This document shows positions 40,326 through 50,955 of a stretch of DNA of 64,000 nt, one piece after another. Position 1 is the stretch's first letter, and each line of letters begins with the position of its first letter. This DNA is from Terriglobia bacterium (GTDB taxonomy: Bacteria; Acidobacteriota; Terriglobia; 20CM-2-55-15). The stretch is taken from NCBI GenBank assembly GCA_965198225.1, contig CBDAOY010000009.1, positions 608,001 through 672,000 on the forward strand. Direction: 5' to 3'. A program made the translations under genes and the position numbers. The notes beneath the pieces were generated by a model. The model saw nothing but the letters and a program-made list of their open reading frames with translations, was not told where the DNA came from and did no database searches.

Positions 40326-41732
40326 CTAATTCACGCTAACTGTTTCCGACTTCCGGATGCGTCGGATAACGGCGCGCGCGATCTTGTTTGCGTTTCGCCG
40401 GTTGGTCAGCTTCTTTCCGAGGTTCACTATCGATCGGGGTCGGGTGTAGAAGCGCCAGTAGGCCTGGCGTTGGATGGCCTTCAGTTCGTCCAACGGCAGC
40501 GATTCATTGTGGATCGTGGGAAACAGCTGGTCGAGGGCTTCGAGGCCTTCGGTGTCCATCGTGCCGAACCGGCCGTCGAGCATATCGTTGCGGAGGACTG
40601 TCCCCTTGAACGGGCTGACCAGCGAAATGAAGATCGTGTCGAGCGGAGCGGTAACGGCGAAGTCCACCGTACGATTGACTTCCTCGCGGGTCTCGCCCGG
40701 GAAACCGATCATGAAGAAGCCGCAGACCTCAATGTCGTACTTTCGAGCCCAGTGAATCGTTTCCAGCGAGGGCTGGATTTTGAGGTTTTTCCGGATCAGC
40801 CGCTGGTACTTTTCCGAGACTGTTTCGATCGCGATCGCCATGTAATGGGTTCCTGCCTCCTTCATCAACGCGACGAGCTCTTCATCGAAGCGATCACCGC
40901 GAACCCCGTTCGGGAACTGCAAGTGGACTTCGAGCCGTCTGTCGATGATCTGCCGGCAGATCTCCTTCGCGCGATCCAGGTCGAAGTTGAAGATATCGTC
41001 GACCATCATGAACTCGCCCACGCCGTGAGCTCGGACCAGCGCTTCCATCTGATCGACGACTTTGGGCGGGGACAGCCCCCGGTAACGCTTGCCGTGAATC
41101 GTGTGGCAGTAAGAGCAGTGGTAGGGACAACCACGGCTGGACACGAACTGCACCGCCCGGGGCGACTTCGGGAAGTGCCAGGGGGAATCGAGCCGGAAGT
41201 ATGCGTCCATGTCGAGCAGGTCGAAGGCCGGCGGCGGAAGCTCCTCCATGGGGGGCACGCTGGCGGGCACATTCTCGTTGACGCGCCCGTCCCTGATCGA
41301 CCACACACCGGGGATACCGTCGGTACTCCGTGCGGCTCCCAGTTGCGTCAGGAGGCTGGCAAGCGCGATTTCCCCCTCCCCGGCGATCACGTAGTCGACG
41401 ACACCGCTCTTGAGGCACTCCTCCGGGTCGCCTGACGCGTGCGCGCCCCCGAAAACGATCTTGATCCCCGGATGGACTTGCTTGAGCCGGCGCGCCTCAG
41501 CGACGGCGTCGGGGAATTCGCAGGTCATGCATCCGATTCCTGCCACCCGGACGTCGCGGCTTCGGATGTATTTATCCACATGATCGGTCGTCATGCCTTT
41601 CAGCACGAGGTCCAGGATGCCGGCCACATGCCCGTTCCCGCGCAGGTAGGCCGAGAGGTGGACGTAGTTCAGCGGCACATTGTTGATGTAGGCATTGGCC
41701 TGGGCTGAGGGCCGGATGAAAGCGATTTGCAT
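40326..41732 (-). CDS. B12-binding radical SAM protein
   Basis: N-terminal cobalamin domain (GGAHAS, GEGE), SRGCPYHCSYC, FFMIGFPGET. Confidence 0.92.
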   Translation of the reverse strand: MQIAFIRPSAQANAYINNVPLNYVHLSAYLRGNGHVAGILDLVLKGMTTDHVDKYIRSRDVRVAGIGCMTCEFPDAVAEARRLKQVHPGIKIVFGGAHASGDPEECLKSGVVDYVIAGEGEIALASLLTQLGAARSTDGIPGVWSIRDGRVNENVPASVPPMEELPPPAFDLLDMDAYFRLDSPWHFPKSPRAVQFVSSRGCPYHCSYCHTIHGKRYRGLSPPKVVDQMEALVRAHGVGEFMMVDDIFNFDLDRAKEICRQIIDRRLEVHLQFPNGVRGDRFDEELVALMKEAGTHYMAIAIETVSEKYQRLIRKNLKIQPSLETIHWARKYDIEVCGFFMIGFPGETREEVNRTVDFAVTAPLDTIFISLVSPFKGTVLRNDMLDGRFGTMDTEGLEALDQLFPTIHNESLPLDELKAIQRQAYWRFYTRPRSIVNLGKKLTNRRNANKIARAVIRRIRKSETVSVN

Positions 41733-41981
41733 TTCGGTGCGAAGCGTCGTCGATTCTCCTCTCCTGGAATCGTTTTCCGAGACAATACAAGTCACTAGAA
41801 TAAGCTCAGACACCTCTCGGAAGTCAACCGGACCTGTGTAAGGCTCCGGCGTTGAACGACATGGGCGGGCAGGTTGTCCTTCTTCCTGAGGGCTGCCTCG
41901 GGTGTCGAATGCGTAACGTGTTCGTAGGCCGCTCGTCTTTTCGGGGACCTGCAGCGTCTCTCTGTTATGTGAGGACCGGAC

Positions 41982-42527
41982 TTGAGTTTAGAGCGCGCCG
42001 GAGACCGGCGGATCATCGAGCGAGTCCTGGAAGGAGACACCAACTCCTTCAACCTGCTCGTCTGGCAGTGGGAAAAGCCTATCTACAACTATATCTTCAG
42101 GATGGTTGGAAATATCGACGAAGCCATGGACCTCTGCCAGGAAAGCTTCATGAAGGCTTTCAGCGAGCTTCCCTCGCTCAAGGACCGGGACCGGTTTTCA
42201 GCATGGTTGTACCGCATCGCTCACAACGTGTGCTATTCGCGCTTTCGAAAGGAGAGCGGGAGGACCTTTGTTCCACTCGAAATCGATCCAGGCATGAAAC
42301 CGGCGTCGATAGTGAACCGGTTGGCTGTGGAGAAAGCGCTCGCCGGGTTGCCAGACGATCAGCGCGAGGTCGTCGTCCTGAAGGTTTTCCAGGGCTTGAA
42401 ATTCGAGGAAATCGCCGCCGTCCAGGGTGCGCCCGTGTCGACGGTCAAGTCCCGTCTTTACATGAGCTTCGAGAAGCTGAAATCGGTCCTGGGCGGCGAA
42501 CCGCTCAACCGCTCTCAAACATCATAG
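41982..42527 (+). CDS. ECF sigma-70 factor
   Basis: DLCQESF.KA, FSAWLYRIAHN, EIA..G...STVKSRL. Confidence 0.92.
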   Translation: MSLERAGDRRIIERVLEGDTNSFNLLVWQWEKPIYNYIFRMVGNIDEAMDLCQESFMKAFSELPSLKDRDRFSAWLYRIAHNVCYSRFRKESGRTFVPLEIDPGMKPASIVNRLAVEKALAGLPDDQREVVVLKVFQGLKFEEIAAVQGAPVSTVKSRLYMSFEKLKSVLGGEPLNRSQTS

Positions 42528-42528
42528 G

Positions 42529-43167
42529 GTGATTGATATGTCGCATCTGGCAGAGAGACTCGCAGAGTTCGTCTACGAAGAGCTGACGGCGTCGGAGATG
42601 GAGGAGGCCCGGCAGCACGTCGCTCAGTGCCTCGAGTGCCAGGGGCGCGTCTCGGAGTTCCAGAAAGTGCAGCACGCGCTCGAGACGGTTCCCGACGTCG
42701 AGGTGCCGAGGCGGGTAGTTTTCGTGGGGTCCCGGAAACCGGCGACGAGGACGTGGGCGCCGCTCCGGTGGCTCGTTCCTTCCGCGACGGCCGCGGCGCT
42801 GGTGCTTGCGCTCGTGATCGGTGGACCGATTCGGTTGGACCGACACGAATCTGGCATGACGATCGCGTTTGGCGCGTTGCCCGAAGCCGAACCATTACAG
42901 GCGGCTGCCCAACCTGTCGTTGTCCCCCCGCAACCGGTGGACTACGAGCTCGTCGTAGCACGGGTCACCGCTGAACAGCAGGCCTGGCTGGAGTCCGAGC
43001 TGGAGAGCCGAATCCAGGGAATCGCAGCCGCGAACGGCAGGGAGGTCCAGCGCCTGAGGGCGGAAATGGCGTACCTGTCCGACCTGCAGCGTGTCGGGCT
43101 GCGGGACACGCTCGTGAACGCGTCTTCGATCCAGCTTCTGGCTGCGCGGACGGAGGTTCAGGAATGA
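42529..43167 (+). CDS. Zinc-finger (zf-HC2) transmembrane anti-sigma factor
   Basis: HVAQCLEC (HxxxCxxC) followed by one TM helix. Confidence 0.85.
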   Translation: MIDMSHLAERLAEFVYEELTASEMEEARQHVAQCLECQGRVSEFQKVQHALETVPDVEVPRRVVFVGSRKPATRTWAPLRWLVPSATAAALVLALVIGGPIRLDRHESGMTIAFGALPEAEPLQAAAQPVVVPPQPVDYELVVARVTAEQQAWLESELESRIQGIAAANGREVQRLRAEMAYLSDLQRVGLRDTLVNASSIQLLAARTEVQE

Positions 43168-43697
43168 GAACACTCCGGCTGTTGGTCTTGTTGATGATCG
43201 TTCCGGCTATCCTTCCCGCACAGGCCGGCACGGACCAGTTTTCCCGATTCCGCCAGGAATCCGCGGCGATCGCCGCCGCACTGGACGATGCCGTTTCTTC
43301 GATCGTGCCCGGACCCTTGTTGCAGCGATCGAAGGCCACGCAACTGGACGGTTACGGACTCGTGGTCACGGTCGAGGTTGCGCTGGAACCCCCGCGGAAT
43401 CCGTTTAGCGGAGTGAAGCAACCCGAAGAGATCCGTCGGTCGAGCGGCGATCGCCGCGAAGCTCTCAAGGAGAAAGCGGTCGAGCTGCTACAGAACAGGG
43501 TGGCGGGACTGTCCTCGGTCGGTCTGGATGAGCGCGTTGCGATCGTCATTCACATGCTGAACACGAATCCCGCCGACCTGCCCGACCTGCCCACCCAGAT
43601 TGTCGTCTCCGTCGGAAAGCAGGCGGCGGCCGACCTCGAGGCGCGCCGAATCAGCCCGGCCGCGTTCCGCGCCCGCGTGGACATCCGGGAATACTGA
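43164..43697 (+). CDS. Secreted hypothetical protein
   Basis: Signal peptide ending AQA; ATGA overlap with the anti-sigma gene. Confidence 0.75.
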   Translation: MRTLRLLVLLMIVPAILPAQAGTDQFSRFRQESAAIAAALDDAVSSIVPGPLLQRSKATQLDGYGLVVTVEVALEPPRNPFSGVKQPEEIRRSSGDRREALKEKAVELLQNRVAGLSSVGLDERVAIVIHMLNTNPADLPDLPTQIVVSVGKQAAADLEARRISPAAFRARVDIREY

Positions 43698-43703
43698 GAT
43701 CCC

Positions 43704-45398
43704 ATGAAGGCGCTACTGACTTTCGATCGGAGGCTTCTGGGCGGGCTGCTCCAGGAGCGCGGCCTGATTTCCGAAGAAGACCTGAATAACGCCCTGTCGC
43801 TGCAAGCCGAGCGGTCCGAACGAATCGGGAAAATACTGACGGATCTCGGATTCGTTTCCGAACGGGATGTTCTGTCGGTACTGAGCGAACAGATCGACGT
43901 CCCGCTGTTCAGCGGAGAATACCCGGCGGTCCCGATCGAAGCCGAGAAGCTCCCCTATCGTTTTCTCCGTCCGTTCAAAGTCCTGCCGGTGCACCTCGAG
44001 GATGACGTCCTGTCGCTGGTGATGGCGGATCCGTTGGATTCGGGAACCCTCTCCACGATCCGGTTGCGGACCGGCTATGACCTGAGGGTAAATCTGGGGT
44101 CCGAGTCGGACGTCACCGCGCAGCTGGACCGCCTCTACGGCGAAGAGGGAGGCGATGAGAAGCTGATCGAAACGCTCGGCGATGCGCTCAGCGATGACGA
44201 CGTCGACCAGCTTCGAGACCTTGCATCCGAAGTGCCCGTCATCCGGATGGTCAACCTGATCATCTCAAGGGCAGTGGAGTCGCGTGCGAGTGACATCCAC
44301 ATCGAGCCATTCGAGAAGGAGCTTCAACTCCGGTACCGCGTCGACGGTGTGTTGCAGAACGTCGATGCCCCGCCCAATCGGCTGCGGGGAGCGATCATCT
44401 CGCGCATCAAACTGATGGCGAAGTTGAACATCGCCGAACGCCGCCTTCCGCAGGACGGCAGGATCAAGCTGAAGGTGCTGGGGAAGGAGATCGACCTGCG
44501 AGTGTCGACGCTTCCGACGATGTACGGCGAGAGCGTCGTGATGCGGATCCTGGACAAATCGAACACCGACCTGATCGATCTCCGCCGACTCGGTTTTCCG
44601 GAGGACCTCTACTCGAAGATCTGCGGGATGACCTCCAAACCCCATGGAATCGTGCTGGTCACTGGACCGACGGGCAGCGGGAAGACGACGACCCTCTACA
44701 GCGCGCTGAAGAGAATCAACATTCCCGATCGAAAGATCATCACCATCGAAGACCCGGTCGAGTACCAGATGGACGGCATCAACCAGATCCAGGTGAACTC
44801 ACAGATCGGCCTCACTTTCTCGGCCGGCCTGCGCCATATCGTCCGGCAGGACCCGGACGTGATCATGATCGGCGAGATCCGGGATCTGGAAACAGCAGAG
44901 ATCGCGATCCGGGCCGCGCTGACGGGCCATCTGGTTTTCAGTACGCTCCACACCAATGACGCTCCCAGTGCGATCACGCGCTTGATCGACATGGGGGTCG
45001 AGGACTACCTGCTGGCCTCTTCGCTGATCGGGATCCTGGCCCAGCGTCTCGTTCGTGCCAACTGCGAGAAGTGTCGCCGCACCGAGCGGATATCGGTCCA
45101 GACTGCCCGGGATCTGGATTTTCCGTTGGAAGAGTCCGAGGGTTTTGTCGAGTTGCAGAAGGGGCCCGGTTGTGAGGATTGCGGTTATACGGGATACGAA
45201 AGCCGCCTGGGCATATTCGAGCTCGTCGATATCGATGAGGCTCTTCGCCAAGTGATCATCACGAACCCCGACGCGAACGCACTGAGGGGGCAGGCGATTC
45301 GTTCCGGCATGCGCACGCTCAAGGAAGACGGCTGGAAGAAAGTGCGGGACGGGACCACCACGCCGGACGAAGTCCTCCGGGTGACGCAGGAAGTCTGA
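43704..45398 (+). CDS. gspE: Type II secretion ATPase
   Basis: ASDIHIEP, GPTGSGKTT, EDPVE, RQDPD, TGHLV.STLH, tetracysteine motif. Confidence 0.95.
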   Translation: MKALLTFDRRLLGGLLQERGLISEEDLNNALSLQAERSERIGKILTDLGFVSERDVLSVLSEQIDVPLFSGEYPAVPIEAEKLPYRFLRPFKVLPVHLEDDVLSLVMADPLDSGTLSTIRLRTGYDLRVNLGSESDVTAQLDRLYGEEGGDEKLIETLGDALSDDDVDQLRDLASEVPVIRMVNLIISRAVESRASDIHIEPFEKELQLRYRVDGVLQNVDAPPNRLRGAIISRIKLMAKLNIAERRLPQDGRIKLKVLGKEIDLRVSTLPTMYGESVVMRILDKSNTDLIDLRRLGFPEDLYSKICGMTSKPHGIVLVTGPTGSGKTTTLYSALKRINIPDRKIITIEDPVEYQMDGINQIQVNSQIGLTFSAGLRHIVRQDPDVIMIGEIRDLETAEIAIRAALTGHLVFSTLHTNDAPSAITRLIDMGVEDYLLASSLIGILAQRLVRANCEKCRRTERISVQTARDLDFPLEESEGFVELQKGPGCEDCGYTGYESRLGIFELVDIDEALRQVIITNPDANALRGQAIRSGMRTLKEDGWKKVRDGTTTPDEVLRVTQEV

Positions 45399-46612
45399 TG
45401 GGAACCTTCGCATACAAAGCGGTCAACCCCCAGGGGAAGCATTTCCAGGGTCGCGTCGAGGCGGCCGACGTTTCCGCGGCCGCGTTCAGCGTCAGGAACA
45501 TGGGACTGATTCCCGTGTCGATCGATGAGCCTTCGACAAAACCGTCCGGCCGAAGCCTACCCACCCTTCGACTGCAGAGGGTCACAAGGAAAGACATTCT
45601 CTTCTTTACCGAGGAGCTGGCGACGCTCGTTCGTGCGGGCTTGCCGTTGGACCGCAGCCTCAGCATCACTCGCGAACTGGCGCCGAAACAGGTCCTGAGA
45701 GAAGTGATCGACGATCTGTTGAAGCAGATCAAAGGCGGCAAGTCGCTGGCCGAGGCACTGGCAGCGCATCCAAAACAGTTTTCCCGTCTTCACGTGAGCA
45801 TGATCCGCGCGGGTGAGGCCGGTGGCGTTCTGGATGTGATCCTGGACCGATTGGCGGAGTTCGAACGTTCTGCCGACGAGCTTCGTTCCTACCTGATCGC
45901 GTCGCTCGTGTACCCCATCCTGTTGACATTGGTCGGACTGGGGTCGTTCGGAATCCTGTTTTATTTTGTGATTCCGCGTTTCGCGACGATCTTCGACGAC
46001 GTCGGTGCCGAGATGCCCACGTCAACGCTCGCCCTCTTGACGATGTCTAATTTCACCCGTGACTACTGGTGGGCGGTTCTTGCCGGCCTCGCGCTGCTAG
46101 CTCTGGGTGTGCGGGGTTGGCTGCAGACGGCGGGGGGACGGCGGATGTGGAATATCGTCCAATTCAGGATGCCGCTGTTCGGTCCGACGTTGCTGAAAGT
46201 TGAAGTAGCACGCTTTGCGCGAACCCTCGGTACGCTGATCAGCAGCGCCGTCCCGTTGATTGCGGGGGTCCGTATCGTGCAGGACATTGCCCATAATCAG
46301 ATCCTGGCTGAGGCGATATCGAAGATTGCCGACGGCGCGAAGCGCGGCGAAGGGGTGTCCAAGCCCATGCGCGATGCTGGCGTTTTCCCGGGGTTGGCCG
46401 TCCACCTGGTCGGCGTCGGGGAGGAAACCGGGCGTCTGGACGCGATGCTGCTCCAACTGGCCGACGTCTACGAGAAAGACGTCAAGACCTCAGTTAAGGC
46501 GCTAACGGCCGTCTTCGAGCCCCTGATCATACTCGTCATGGGTATACTGATCGGGACTGTTGTGCTATCGATGCTGATGGCGATTTTCAGCATCAACGAC
46601 ATCGCGTTCTAA
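45398..46612 (+). CDS. gspF: Type II secretion inner-membrane platform protein
   Basis: AGEAGG.L, YP, GEETG.L, EP motifs. Confidence 0.93.
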   Translation: MGTFAYKAVNPQGKHFQGRVEAADVSAAAFSVRNMGLIPVSIDEPSTKPSGRSLPTLRLQRVTRKDILFFTEELATLVRAGLPLDRSLSITRELAPKQVLREVIDDLLKQIKGGKSLAEALAAHPKQFSRLHVSMIRAGEAGGVLDVILDRLAEFERSADELRSYLIASLVYPILLTLVGLGSFGILFYFVIPRFATIFDDVGAEMPTSTLALLTMSNFTRDYWWAVLAGLALLALGVRGWLQTAGGRRMWNIVQFRMPLFGPTLLKVEVARFARTLGTLISSAVPLIAGVRIVQDIAHNQILAEAISKIADGAKRGEGVSKPMRDAGVFPGLAVHLVGVGEETGRLDAMLLQLADVYEKDVKTSVKALTAVFEPLIILVMGILIGTVVLSMLMAIFSINDIAF

Positions 46613-46629
46613 GGAACCAGGAGGAAGCC

Positions 46630-47094
46630 GTGAACAGTTCAGGTCGTTTCGAAGCGAAGGACGATCGACGTGCCCGCCGAGGAAGGGATCGAGAGTCGGG
46701 CATCACGCTGATCGAGCTGCTCGTCGTGATGGTCATCATCTCCCTGTTCGCCACCCTGGTCGGCGCGCGTTTGTTCAGTAACGTCGACAAGGCCCGCCAG
46801 ACAACGGCCAAGGCACAGATTTCAGAGTTCGAGACGGTGCTCGACCTCTTCCGCCTCGACGTGGGCCGTTACCCGACCGCGTCGGAAGGGCTTCAAGTTC
46901 TGAGGGTCGACCCCGGCGGTATCCGGAACTGGGACGGCCCGTACCTGGGCAAGAACGTCCCGATGGATCCGTGGGGGAACTCTTACGTGTACCTGTACCC
47001 CGGCGAGCATGGAGACTTCGACCTCCTGTCGCTCGGAGCAGACGGTGAACAAGGCGGCGAGGACGTGAACCTCGACATCGTGAGCTGGCAGTAG
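46630..47094 (+). CDS. gspG: Major pseudopilin
   Basis: G|ITLIELL, D.GRYP, DPWG, SLGADG. Confidence 0.93.
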   Translation: MNSSGRFEAKDDRRARRGRDRESGITLIELLVVMVIISLFATLVGARLFSNVDKARQTTAKAQISEFETVLDLFRLDVGRYPTASEGLQVLRVDPGGIRNWDGPYLGKNVPMDPWGNSYVYLYPGEHGDFDLLSLGADGEQGGEDVNLDIVSWQ

Positions 47095-47195
47095 GTTCCC
47101 GTCCAGCCACGGCATCCCGTACGCGTATCCCGCTGAATTTCAGTATTTTTTCCTGCCCGTTCGTCCTTTTCGGCCCAGCAGGCGTCATCACTGAC

Positions 47196-47591
47196 ATGAA
47201 CCGTGCGAGAGGACTGTCCCTGGTCGAGGTGATGATTGTCATGACGATCATTGCCCTGTCGGTCGGGCTGGTCGGACCGCGGATCGGTGCCGGCATGACC
47301 CGAATCGAGATCTACCAGGCCGAGCAGACCATCCGAAGCTTCGTGGAGATGGCTCGGTCCCGGGCTCAGCGGTCCAATCTTGCCCATTTTGTAGTGCTGA
47401 ATCGCCGTGGGCCGACGGTAACGCTGGTAGGGCCCGACATGAGCATCATTCGAGAACGCGAATTGCCTTCTTCGGTGGAACTCGTCGCCGATTCCGAAGC
47501 TGGCATCGAGTCGATCTACGTTCCTCCCTCGGGCCTGCTCCGGGGCCAGTCGGATCCAGCTGCGGTCCCGCTTTCGGGCCCTTCGAGGTGA
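47196..47591 (+). CDS. Minor pseudopilin, GspH-like; C-terminus possibly frameshifted
   Basis: G|LSLVEVMIV prepilin motif. Confidence 0.78.
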   Translation: MNRARGLSLVEVMIVMTIIALSVGLVGPRIGAGMTRIEIYQAEQTIRSFVEMARSRAQRSNLAHFVVLNRRGPTVTLVGPDMSIIRERELPSSVELVADSEAGIESIYVPPSGLLRGQSDPAAVPLSGPSR

Positions 47592-47598
47592 CCTTCCA

Positions 47599-48060
47599 GT
47601 GAGGTACCAGCGAGAGGCTTCACCCTGATCGAAGTGGTCGTTGCCGTCGCCATACTGGGGCTGTCTTCGAGCGCCCTTTTCGGCCTTTTCAGCACTTCGG
47701 TCGACAATCTCCGACGGATCGAGAAACTCCACCGCTACCATCTCGCGGCCGCGGACGTCATGAATCGGGTCCTCCTGCTGCCGGTCCTTCCGGCGGACGG
47801 ACAGGCCGGCGGCCGTCTGAGCCAGATCGATGCGGACTGGAGGGTGAGAGTGGAGCCCTGGATTCCCGAGAGTTTCGACCAGCGTCCGGAGCAGGCGATT
47901 GTGAAAATTGTCGTTGAGGTGGAGTTCGATGGGCGTTCCGGGCGGCGAAACATCCGCTTGGAGACGGTGAAGCCGTCCGCGCTGACCTATAGCCCCTCAG
48001 GACTTCCAACGTGCGATCGAACGATGTGTTTCCGGAATGAATCGAGGCAGAGGCTTGTGA
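47599..48060 (+). CDS. Minor pseudopilin, GspI-like; indels near both ends, boundaries approximate
   Basis: G|FTLIEVVVA near 47616 has no in-frame start (GTG 47599 is out of frame); as given, the frame reads through into the GspJ-like gene. Confidence 0.65.
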
Positions 48061-48638
48061 GAATCGATTCCGCGCACCAGGCAGAGACCGGATTCACGCT
48101 GATCGAGGTGATGGTCAGCCTCGCGATCGTCGGATTGATCATGACCTTCATGTTTTCCGGATTGAGCGTCGGGATGGATACCTGGGAGCGCGGCTCCGGG
48201 AAGATCCTGGAGATCGAGAATCGGGCACGCGTGGAAGGGCTTCTCCGACGCCAGCTTGCGCTGGCTTCTCCGGAGGAGTTCGAAGGCGCCGATGGCGCTT
48301 TTGTCCTTTTTGCCGGCGATAACCGGAGGCTCGAGTTCGTCTCCGCCTACTCGTTGATCGATGGAGCGGTCCAGGCTCGCAAGATCGACTATGCCGTCGA
48401 GGATGGCGGGTTCGTGTACGACGAGCAGTTCTTGTTTGATCACGAGCCGGACCAGACTCCGAATCGTCAGGGGAAGCTGTTGGCCCAGTTTCAGAACGTC
48501 GCGTTCCGTTACCTGGGCTCGGATCGTGACGGGAGACTGCAGTGGATCGATGAGTGGGAATCCGGTGCCGGCCTGCCCGGCGCCGTCCAGGTTCGGATTG
48601 ATGACGACTATGTCGTCGTTCCCCTGATTTACCGATGA
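48057..48638 (+). CDS. Minor pseudopilin, GspJ-like
   Basis: Second G|FTLIEVMV motif; W...W....LP.AV C-terminus. Confidence 0.78.
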   Translation: MRIDSAHQAETGFTLIEVMVSLAIVGLIMTFMFSGLSVGMDTWERGSGKILEIENRARVEGLLRRQLALASPEEFEGADGAFVLFAGDNRRLEFVSAYSLIDGAVQARKIDYAVEDGGFVYDEQFLFDHEPDQTPNRQGKLLAQFQNVAFRYLGSDRDGRLQWIDEWESGAGLPGAVQVRIDDDYVVVPLIYR

Positions 48639-49619
48639 ACAACCGCGGCGTCATCCTGTTGAGCGTTCTATGGGTCGTGTTGATCCTGTCGGTGATCTCG
48701 CTGTCGCTGGCGGCCGCCGTGCGGACGGAGATGTCCAGCCTGCGGGGCGGCTTCGATTCGGAACGGGCTTTTTTCATGGCGCGTGGAGCTGCGGAGGTGA
48801 TGTACGAGGACTTGATGGCGGACGAGGATCTGCTTGCAGGACTCACCGGTGGAATTGGTGAACGGAGAATACGTTTTCCCGTTCGATACGGGAGAAGTTC
48901 GAGTCCGGCTCGAGTCCGGTCGGGGCCGCATCGACATCAACCAGGCGTCGGACATGATACTGGCTTCGATGTTCGACTCCCTGGGCGTCGACCAGAATAC
49001 CCGTAACCGCCTGGTCGACTCGATTCTGGACTGGAGAGACAGCGACGATATTCCGCATCTCTACGGAGCCGAGATCGGAGACTATGATGCCGTCGATGGG
49101 AGGCGTTTGCCCGCGAACGGCGTCTTTCGATTTGTCGACGACATCCTGTTCGTGAAGGGAATGACGCCGGAATTGTTCTACGGCCGACTGAGCATGGACC
49201 CTACGTCGGGCGGCTTCAGCCGGGTCCCCGGGGTTCGGGAACTGGTCACCACGGAATCCGCTACGGCTCAGGTGAATCCGAACGAGACATCCGTCGACGT
49301 TCTGAGGGCACTGCCGGGAATCGACCCGATAGTTGCCCGTGCCATCGTCGAGGCGCGAGAGGACGGATTCTTCGACGATCTGGGCGACCTGGTCGAGCGG
49401 GTACCGGTACTGTCCGAGAGCGACGTTCTGGGTTACTTCACATTCGAAAGCGACGGTCCGGTGACGGTCGTTTCGAGGGCACAGGCGCTCCCTTCCGGCG
49501 TGTCGCGTACCGTTCGTCTGGTTCTGCGGCGGGAAGAACGATTGCAGATCCTGAGTCTCAATCCCCTCTTCTACCGCAGGTTACAGGAGCTGAAGCTCGA
49601 CCGGTGGCAGTATGAATAG
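48635..49619 (+). CDS. GspK-like minor pseudopilin, frameshift near 48833
   Basis: RG|VILLSVLW in one frame; ESGRGRIDIN, DSILDWRDSD, LRALPGI in the next. Confidence 0.8.
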
Positions 49620-50955
49620 CTTTTTGCCCAAGACTATCGCCGGTTTCGAGGTCGCCGGGGATGATCTCCGTGTCACTGTCGTTCGTGCGGCATTCAACAA
49701 CAGACGCCTGATCTCTTCTTTTGTCGTTGAGGACTTTGTTGGGATGGGTACCGACGAGCGACGAGCTGAGCTTGAGAAGGTTGCTGAACGGCACCAATTC
49801 CGTAGTGCCAGAGCATTCCTCAGCCTCCCGGAGTCGACCGGGATGGTGCGGTACCTGGAACTACCCGTTGAAGTTCGCGAGAGCTTGAGACCCGCGGTGG
49901 AATTCCAGGTCGAGAGTCTTTCGCCATGGCCGAAGGAAGAAATCTATTGGGGCATGTCGTCGAAAGATCGAGGAAAGCCGGGCAAGCCTCTGCATGTGAC
50001 GATCGCGATCATCACGCGCGAAGGACTCGATCCGTGGATCGACCTGTTCTCCTCGGCGAGTCTTCCGTTGACAGGGGCAACGCTTTCAACCCTCGCGTGT
50101 GCTCACGCGGCAACCGAATTGTGGCCGGACGCTCGGCCGACGGTTCTGGTCGGCCTGGAGTCGGAATACGCCGAGGGCTGCCTGGTCCACGATGGTCGGA
50201 TGACCTCCCTCAGAGTAGACGAGGCTGGTTCGTCCAGCCAGCGAGCCGCGTCCGTGATCGCGCGACTCGCCAGCCTGGCTCGCGTAGCGAGCCTCGAAAG
50301 CGCGCGCACCATAGCCCACGGTTCGAAGCTCGAAGATCTGGATGAGGACAATCCGCGCCTACCGCTCAAGGGGACAGTCGGCCGTCCGAGGGGTCTTTTC
50401 GGGGCCCTCGCCGCTGCTCTGTCCGGCATCGGAGAGAGTCCGTTTGCGGTGAACATCATCCCATCCCAGCGGAGGCACCGAAGCAATCAGGCGCAGCTCG
50501 TGCCGACCTTTGTGCTCGTTTTGCTGCTGATCCTTGTCGGCACCGCGCTGGGGCTGCGCGGACCCTACCAATGGTCCGTCTACGCTTCGGAGCTGGAGAA
50601 CGCGATTCGCGCCGTCGCCCCGACGGTCCGGGACCTGACGGACCAGGAAACGGAGTTGAACGCACTCTCGGAGAAGTACCGGGCCCTGAGTGTGCACCTC
50701 ACGGGAGGCGATTCCACGTTCGAATTGCTCCTGGAACTGGTTCGCGTTCTGCCTCCCGACACCTGGTTGAGCGCGGTTTCGCTGCAGCAAGGGGCTGCGA
50801 CGATCACGGGTTTTTCCGGAAGTGCTTCAGAGATCCAGCGACTGATCGAAGAGAGTCCGCTGTTTGAAGACGCCGAGTTCGCGAGCTCCGTTACGCGTGA
50901 TGACGCCGGGCGCGACCGCTTCACCCTGCGTTTCGGTGTTGGAGGTGAGTCGTGA
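49612..50955 (+). CDS. GspL/PilM-PilN-like assembly protein
   Basis: Cytoplasmic domain, one TM, PilN-like LP.DTWL...G...SA..I...IE.SP.F. Confidence 0.8.
   Translation: MNSFLPKTIAGFEVAGDDLRVTVVRAAFNNRRLISSFVVEDFVGMGTDERRAELEKVAERHQFRSARAFLSLPESTGMVRYLELPVEVRESLRPAVEFQVESLSPWPKEEIYWGMSSKDRGKPGKPLHVTIAIITREGLDPWIDLFSSASLPLTGATLSTLACAHAATELWPDARPTVLVGLESEYAEGCLVHDGRMTSLRVDEAGSSSQRAASVIARLASLARVASLESARTIAHGSKLEDLDEDNPRLPLKGTVGRPRGLFGALAAALSGIGESPFAVNIIPSQRRHRSNQAQLVPTFVLVLLLILVGTALGLRGPYQWSVYASELENAIRAVAPTVRDLTDQETELNALSEKYRALSVHLTGGDSTFELLLELVRVLPPDTWLSAVSLQQGAATITGFSGSASEIQRLIEESPLFEDAEFASSVTRDDAGRDRFTLRFGVGGES

Noticed and set aside
47634-48638. 334-aa ORF as a genuine two-pilin fusion protein
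   Set aside because: It starts after the first prepilin cleavage motif and contains a second motif mid-ORF with its own GTG start; better explained as gspI + gspJ joined by an indel.
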